Sequence record: MW272540.1
DNA: 64,000 nucleotides
Strand: one strand, 5' to 3'
A model generated the notes under the pieces. It was not told where the DNA came from. It searched no databases and worked only from the letters and a program-made list of their open reading frames with translations. The position numbers and the translations under genes are program-made. Shown here in pieces: positions 58,225 to 64,000 of this stretch (positions are counted from its first letter, which is position 1; every line of letters starts with the position of its first letter).

Positions 58225-61200
58225 AAAATTTCAAATCAGACCAACTATTAAAATACAAATCTTCAAGTTCGTCCGACCAAGCATCATCATTTTCATCATA
58301 TTCGTAATAAATCCCATCTTTTGCAAGAATGGATACCCCAAATGGGAAATTGCTGGGTGAAATCCCGGTTACTACGAAATAACCATCTGTTGGGATTTTT
58401 TGCACTTCTTTAAGTTTCATTAGAATTGATTTCCTTCTGAGTCTACGCGAAGAGATTCGCTTTTACCATAAAAATTATCACCAGATACAAAACCAGCGGA
58501 AACAACCACCACGTTTGAACGAACACCAACACATTTAGCAATCCGACGGACAACCAACGGCATATCTGCATGTGTAAAATCTTTAGAGAAGATTACAACC
58601 ATACCGCATAGGAACTTAACAAACTTCATCTCATTACGCGGACGGGTATCTACAAATTGAACATCAAAAATTTCTTCTGAACTTGGACGGAACCAATTAA
58701 AATATTGGTCGTACAGTTTTACAACTCCGAGTGTGTTATGGACATCATCTTGTTGTTCTTCTGTCAAATCGTCGGGTGTGTTCAGTTCGATGTACAAATA
58801 ACCCGGTGTACTATAATCGTAACGGAAATCCTCATGGTCAATCTTAAATTTCAGTTTCATATTGTTTTCCTCATGATTTATCTTGATCATACAGTAGACA
58901 CATCCCTATGTCTACAAGTTTATTCTAGTTCATCCAATTTATACAAATTTTCATACAAATCAGATTTTCTTGTAGAACTAAAATTTAGTTTATATGCTTT
59001 GGAATTGTATTCACAAATCACTTTTGTGTAATACAGATTACATTCTGGTCTATTGTCACCAGCAGACCCCTTTTCCATTACGCTAGTGGATTCAGATATC
59101 TTTTTAACGATACCAGCTTTAACAGCTGCGTTGAATGCGTCTGATTCTTGAAATGGAAATATGTCACTACCAAAGGAATTAATATACTCATGATAGTACA
59201 TCCAATGCATTCCACGCTCAATTGAGTTCTCTACATGGTCAATATAAAGAATCGGTTTGAGAGGATTTCCAAGGTCATCAAAAACATCCCATTCCCCATC
59301 GTCAGACATTACAAGAGGTTCAATGTGAACGTCTTCTGGTTTATATTTCTTCATGCCTTTAGGTAATGCAACTCGAACAATACCAAATTTTAGATCATCC
59401 GAAACAAAATCATAAGAGTAAGACCGCTCCCAGTAGTTTATTTCCAAACCAACAATGGGGAGAGGATCAACACCAATTTCGTAAACGTTGATTGTTCTCA
59501 TTTCTTCAGTTCCGGAATGCAATAGAAATCATTACCCATTGAAGTCTCAATAGTAAAACTCATCTGCCCCAACTCCTTAGCTAGAAGAATAGCGAGTTCC
59601 TTAGCATCTTGATAGATCAGATATTCTTGTTTGGGAAATCGTGGGTAGTTGATGAAACGCGCTACAAAGCCACGCTCACGCCCACCAGTGTAAACATACT
59701 CGACTTCAGTAAACTGAACACATTGGCCCTTTAGGGTCCATTTAGATGCAATATTTTTAGCTTGCTCGATTGGTCCAGCCATATGAATACTTGCGAAATA
59801 GTTCCCACAAGTATTAGTTTCTTTAAATACAAGTTCCATTAACATAACTCCAAATTGGTATAATACACAGGTTCAACAACACCTAACACACCATTATCCC
59901 ATTCAACTTGAAAGACCGGAATATCTTTCGTGTCATCCACATAAACAACCGTACCCTTATAAGTCTTACGGGAATTCCAAACCCGAGTATTCATCAGATC
60001 GAATACGGTTGTTGCATAATCTTTAACAAATTTACTCATTGGACCCCCGAAAAACTACTTCTCGCGCACCTGTGATCATATTGATGGAGAATACTTCAAA
60101 AATATTCGGGTCCCTATCAAATTTGTTATTTTCTACAAAGTATTCGATTTCTTTTTTGGTGAACCGCTTACCAGAAGAAACGGGGGAATTGAACTCAATA
60201 CTACCATAACCATAATTTTCATCGAAGATGCCACAAACTAGCCCGCTTTTCTTCAAACAATTAAGCATGTAGATCCGAGTGTTTAAAGTTTTTTCTTCCA
60301 ACAGTTCATTGATGTGAGTTTTAATAGCCTCAACCATTACATCAAAATTTGTAATGTTTCGTCCACCGGTTAACTCTCGGATCTTTAAAGTCAGCTGGTT
60401 ATCTTCTGGTACACTAAACAACCGCCAATCGTCGGTAATGTCAGACCAAGAAATATAGAACATCATGGAACCATCAACCCAAACCGATTCTTGGAAGAGA
60501 CCAAAAAGACCATTGGTGTTTTTCATTTTACGGATTTCGATATTCATAATAATTTCCTCTTATTAAAAACTCACAGACTTTCCCAATCTTTCACAGCTTG
60601 GTTGAACTCTTCTTCACCATAACCGGTTTTCGTCCAGTTTTCTTTGATGAAATCAACCGTCAGCTCGCTACTCAAACATTCAACAGAAGCAATTACAAAC
60701 TCTGTACGTGTCATGGTCTCAGGACTTTCATAAAGAACCCCATCAACCAAAGCTACAATATCATAAGGCTCATCAGCCTTGAGATTAGTTGCCCAGATTC
60801 GAGGTTGGATGTTTACTTGCTGATCCATTTTGGGCCTCGTTTAGTTCGCTGAATCCACCGGAAACCGGATGCAGATTGACGCATATTAAGTTGTTCCTGC
60901 ATTGCTGGTGATAAATTGATGCTATACCGCTTTTTGGCATTATCATCAAAATATCCGATATGCAAGTTATGTCTAACATCATAATAGGCTCTAACTTTAT
61001 TACGCTCGTCAATATACACTTTATATCGGTCTGTCTTTCGTAATGCCCTTATAAAAGCGCAAAATATCTGGGTCGATACTTCGCGAGTTATTCCAATATG
61101 ACCATATTTCACAAAACCTTTATGATATATACCCTGTTCAACGGGTTGCATTTTGAATGCGAGCGAACAAAAGGCCAGAAAATCACGTGTAGTCGGATCT

Positions 61201-61405
61201 AATTCATTCATCTGATACCTCGTTTCCATCATTCGATGATTTCATTGTAATCATTGCTAACATATCCCTGAGGAATATCAACCCCACGATAAAAATTGTA
61301 TTCGGTTTGATTGCGGATTTGTTCCAGAAGATCAATATGGATACTTGCATTATCTTTAGATTTAAATTCTTCGTAAACTTCTTTGATAGTCTTCATAAAA
61401 ATTCC

Positions 61406-61750
61406 TTATTTGGTTTGGTTCAGACGGTTCAGTTTCAGAGCGGACTTCATTTCAGACTTCTTGAAAGAGTAATGAACAGAACCATCATCGAAAGTAGTTT
61501 TCTTAACAGTCACTTTCAGCTGGTCACCAACTTTAGCGTAGCAACCCAAGCAGTTGGTAGCCTTCTCGGAAACGATACGGTTGTTGATTTCAACACCTTC
61601 AGAAGTGGTCACGCTAACACGCTGACTGTCGCTGAACTTCTTAACGAACTTGGTAACAGTCACAGTGTCAACGAAAGAAACTTCGCTAACTTCTTTCTTG
61701 CAACCAACCAGAGCAATCAGAGCAATCAGAGCAATCAGTACGTGTTTCAT
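61406..61750 (-). CDS. Lipoprotein, Cor-like paralog 1
   Basis: Lipobox LVGC; CxxC; signal peptide includes (cagagcaat)x3 at 61709-61738. Confidence 0.75.
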   Translation of the reverse strand: MKHVLIALIALIALVGCKKEVSEVSFVDTVTVTKFVKKFSDSQRVSVTTSEGVEINNRIVSEKATNCLGCYAKVGDQLKVTVKKTTFDDGSVHYSFKKSEMKSALKLNRLNQTK

Positions 61751-61817
61751 AATCTTTTCCTCAGTTAGGTATCTCGTTTCGATGTAGATATAATACCATA
61801 ACCAAGAATCAGATCAA

Positions 61818-62120
61818 CTACTTTTGTAAAAAATCTTTGATTTGATATCGGTCAACTTCATAAGAAATGCTACCATCGTTCCAAACTCGTTTAGTAACAT
61901 CAACACGAAACATATCACCAGCTTTAGCAAAACAACCACTACATCGTTTAGCTACATATTGGTCAATAACAATACCATCAGATGTTTTCAATTCAATCCG
62001 CTGATGTTTTGCTCTCTTAACAAAATGAGTAACAACTACAGTATCTTTATAGGTCTCACCCGAAACTGGAATACAACCAACCAGCATTAAAGCAACAACA
62101 CCAACAACCAACCTTTTCAT
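61818..62120 (-). CDS. Lipoprotein, Cor-like paralog 2
   Basis: Lipobox LVGC; DTVVVTHFVK, CSGC.AK.GD, DGS..Y shared with paralog 1. Confidence 0.75.
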   Translation of the reverse strand: MKRLVVGVVALMLVGCIPVSGETYKDTVVVTHFVKRAKHQRIELKTSDGIVIDQYVAKRCSGCFAKAGDMFRVDVTKRVWNDGSISYEVDRYQIKDFLQK

Positions 62121-64000
62121 AAATCAATCCTCAAAATACCAGCATGGATGATTATCATGGAAATCAACCGGGACACCCCATTCACCAGATACATCATGAC
62201 AAACATTGGAATCTTTCTTGTAGAAACCAATAGCATCACAGGCCGGTGCTCCCGCGTAACGAAGAACATAGAACTTGGTATGATTCGGAACATCTTTAAA
62301 TTCACATACTCTTTTCATAACAGTTCCTTAAGAAATCTTTCCAGCTTGATAAGCGTCGTAAGCATCCAGCCAATCATCACGATCAAGACCATGACCATCA
62401 GCAACCAGAATCACACCTTCAAGCGGTTTCCAATAAGAAGAATCATGAATCAAATCTTCCACCTTATCCCAACAACCATTTTCAATAAAGATAGCCAGCT
62501 TTTGATGGTTAGTCCGATTCAATTCGCTCGGAGTAGTGCGAGCACGTTCCCCACAAGCACCAACAAACGCATCAGGATTGCTTTTAATATAGTCAAGAAT
62601 AGTTTTCATAATTTACTCCAAGTCAATATCCCAAACACATACTTTAACAAATTGCTCGCCGATTTCCCAAGAAGAATAGAAACCATTTTCTTGAAACTTG
62701 GGGATAAGATGATTGCGAATGAAATCATATATAGACACACAGTTATTCAGTTCTCTATCAATCAACCCTTCAATATAAAGAACAGAGATACCAAGGTCTA
62801 GCACTTCATTGGTAGCCATACCACAAACATGATCATTATAGAGCACATTAACGAACTCTACAATATTCTTTTCGCGATCCTGTTTCTTCTTACGAACATG
62901 TTCTTTCAATTCAGCAGCATTCATAATCTTAACCCCCAAACACATTATCAAAATCAGGATGTTCCCAACCTTGAACTAGCCCTTTATCTATATTAACAAG
63001 ACCAATGATATCAGCGCAACACTTTTCGATATATTCTTTATCATCAGTCCAGAACTCAACCATCACCCAAGTAGTAGAAGAAGCCGGATCCCATCCTTGA
63101 AGAAACATCTTATCCTTAACATATCCACGAACCTTCCACATATCATCATGACTAAGGCCAAGAATCTGGATATTGAAATTCTTATCACTCATCTCAAATT
63201 TACCATAGATAGCGGCAATAACAACACCATTCTTTGCATCACGGAAGTTATAGAGCTTATGCATAATCTTAATCCTTGTAGTTAATTTGACACTTCAGAA
63301 CATAAACCAGCGGAGCTTGATAATTCTCATCACAGAAGTCGAAATCATCATAGCAAAGTTCTTGGACAAGCTCAATAGAGTGAATGTCTTTAATGAGAGA
63401 AAAATCACGCGCTACTTTCTTCAAAGAATCCACAGAACCCTTGATAACCAACATGGCCGTTTCTTCCAGATACATACCAAAAACAGATTTGATATCATAC
63501 CCACGAGATTTCAACAGAACTTCCATTTCTTTAGCAGTAGTACGGATTGCGTTTTGAATAGTCATCTTGTTTTCTCCCTCTCAGTTAGTAAGTACATGGT
63601 ACACCACCACCAAAAAGGATGCAACCATTTTATTTAAAGAATCAAACATTCGCTTTTGATAATCAAACATTTTCAAATTTCGGTATTCGATAAGAATTCC
63701 ATATAATGGTGATAAATTGTAAATATTTGTTAAAAGAAACCCACAAATGACGCGGGTTAGAGCGATTTTGTTTGAATTTATGTTAATACAAGAAAAACGC
63801 ACTAAAATGGTGCAAAACCCCTCGCTACACCGATTGTCAATTTACAACGGGTGAAAACATCACGTATCCATTGTTATAGATAGTCAAAGTTCCACTATCG
63901 TCCTCAAAAGCGAAATAATCCTCAGATCCAGTGAGTGGAACATATGCAACGCCGGGAATGTCTCTAATAGCTGTAACTAGCTCAACTACACAAGATCCCT

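Larger units (their letters stand above)
42016..64000 (-). other. Hypervariable early block of about 60 short, tightly packed minus-strand ORFs, mostly of unknown function
   Basis: Near-contiguous 60-240 aa ORFs with SD sequences and stop/start overlaps, punctuated by sigma70-type promoters; last ORF runs off the window (63837-64000). Confidence 0.85.

Overview
A 64-kb segment of a large, AT-rich, lytic T4-like myophage (Straboviridae-like). AsiA and two-component spanins point to a Gram-negative, probably gammaproteobacterial, host. Layout: (1) 1-15.3 kb, baseplate/tail/head-completion genes in a non-T4 order (gp6, 25, PAAR 5.4, 5.1, 5, 27-like, 53, 48 on minus; 4, 2, 54, 26, 51-like, 29, 3, 1, 57A on plus). 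(2) 15.4-24.4 kb, an island of 17 canonical tRNAs, several degenerate or tRNA-like elements, an HNH endonuclease and long structured non-coding tracts. (3) 24.5-34.5 kb, accessory genes (ferritin-like, zeta-like kinase, hoc, ParB-like, tk, ADP-ribosyltransferase-like, macrodomain, spanins). (4) A stand-alone 1299-aa distal tail fibre and a T4-type endolysin. (5) From 39 kb on, a minus-strand early block (asiA, topoisomerase 52, ndd, then about 60 short accessory ORFs). Best leads: a probable programmed -1 frameshift fusing gp26 to a start-less gp51-like ORF just upstream of the tape measure (lambda G/GT-like logic); a ~1.1-kb structured ncRNA island with a repeated, covarying hairpin module; a two-copy origin-like element with an inverted GC-rich hairpin; and late-promoter-driven enzymes carrying T4 capsid-targeting-like N-termini. 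The exact 127-bp tandem duplication at 30.6 kb is most likely an assembly artefact. All family calls come from motif recognition by eye; no database searches were run.
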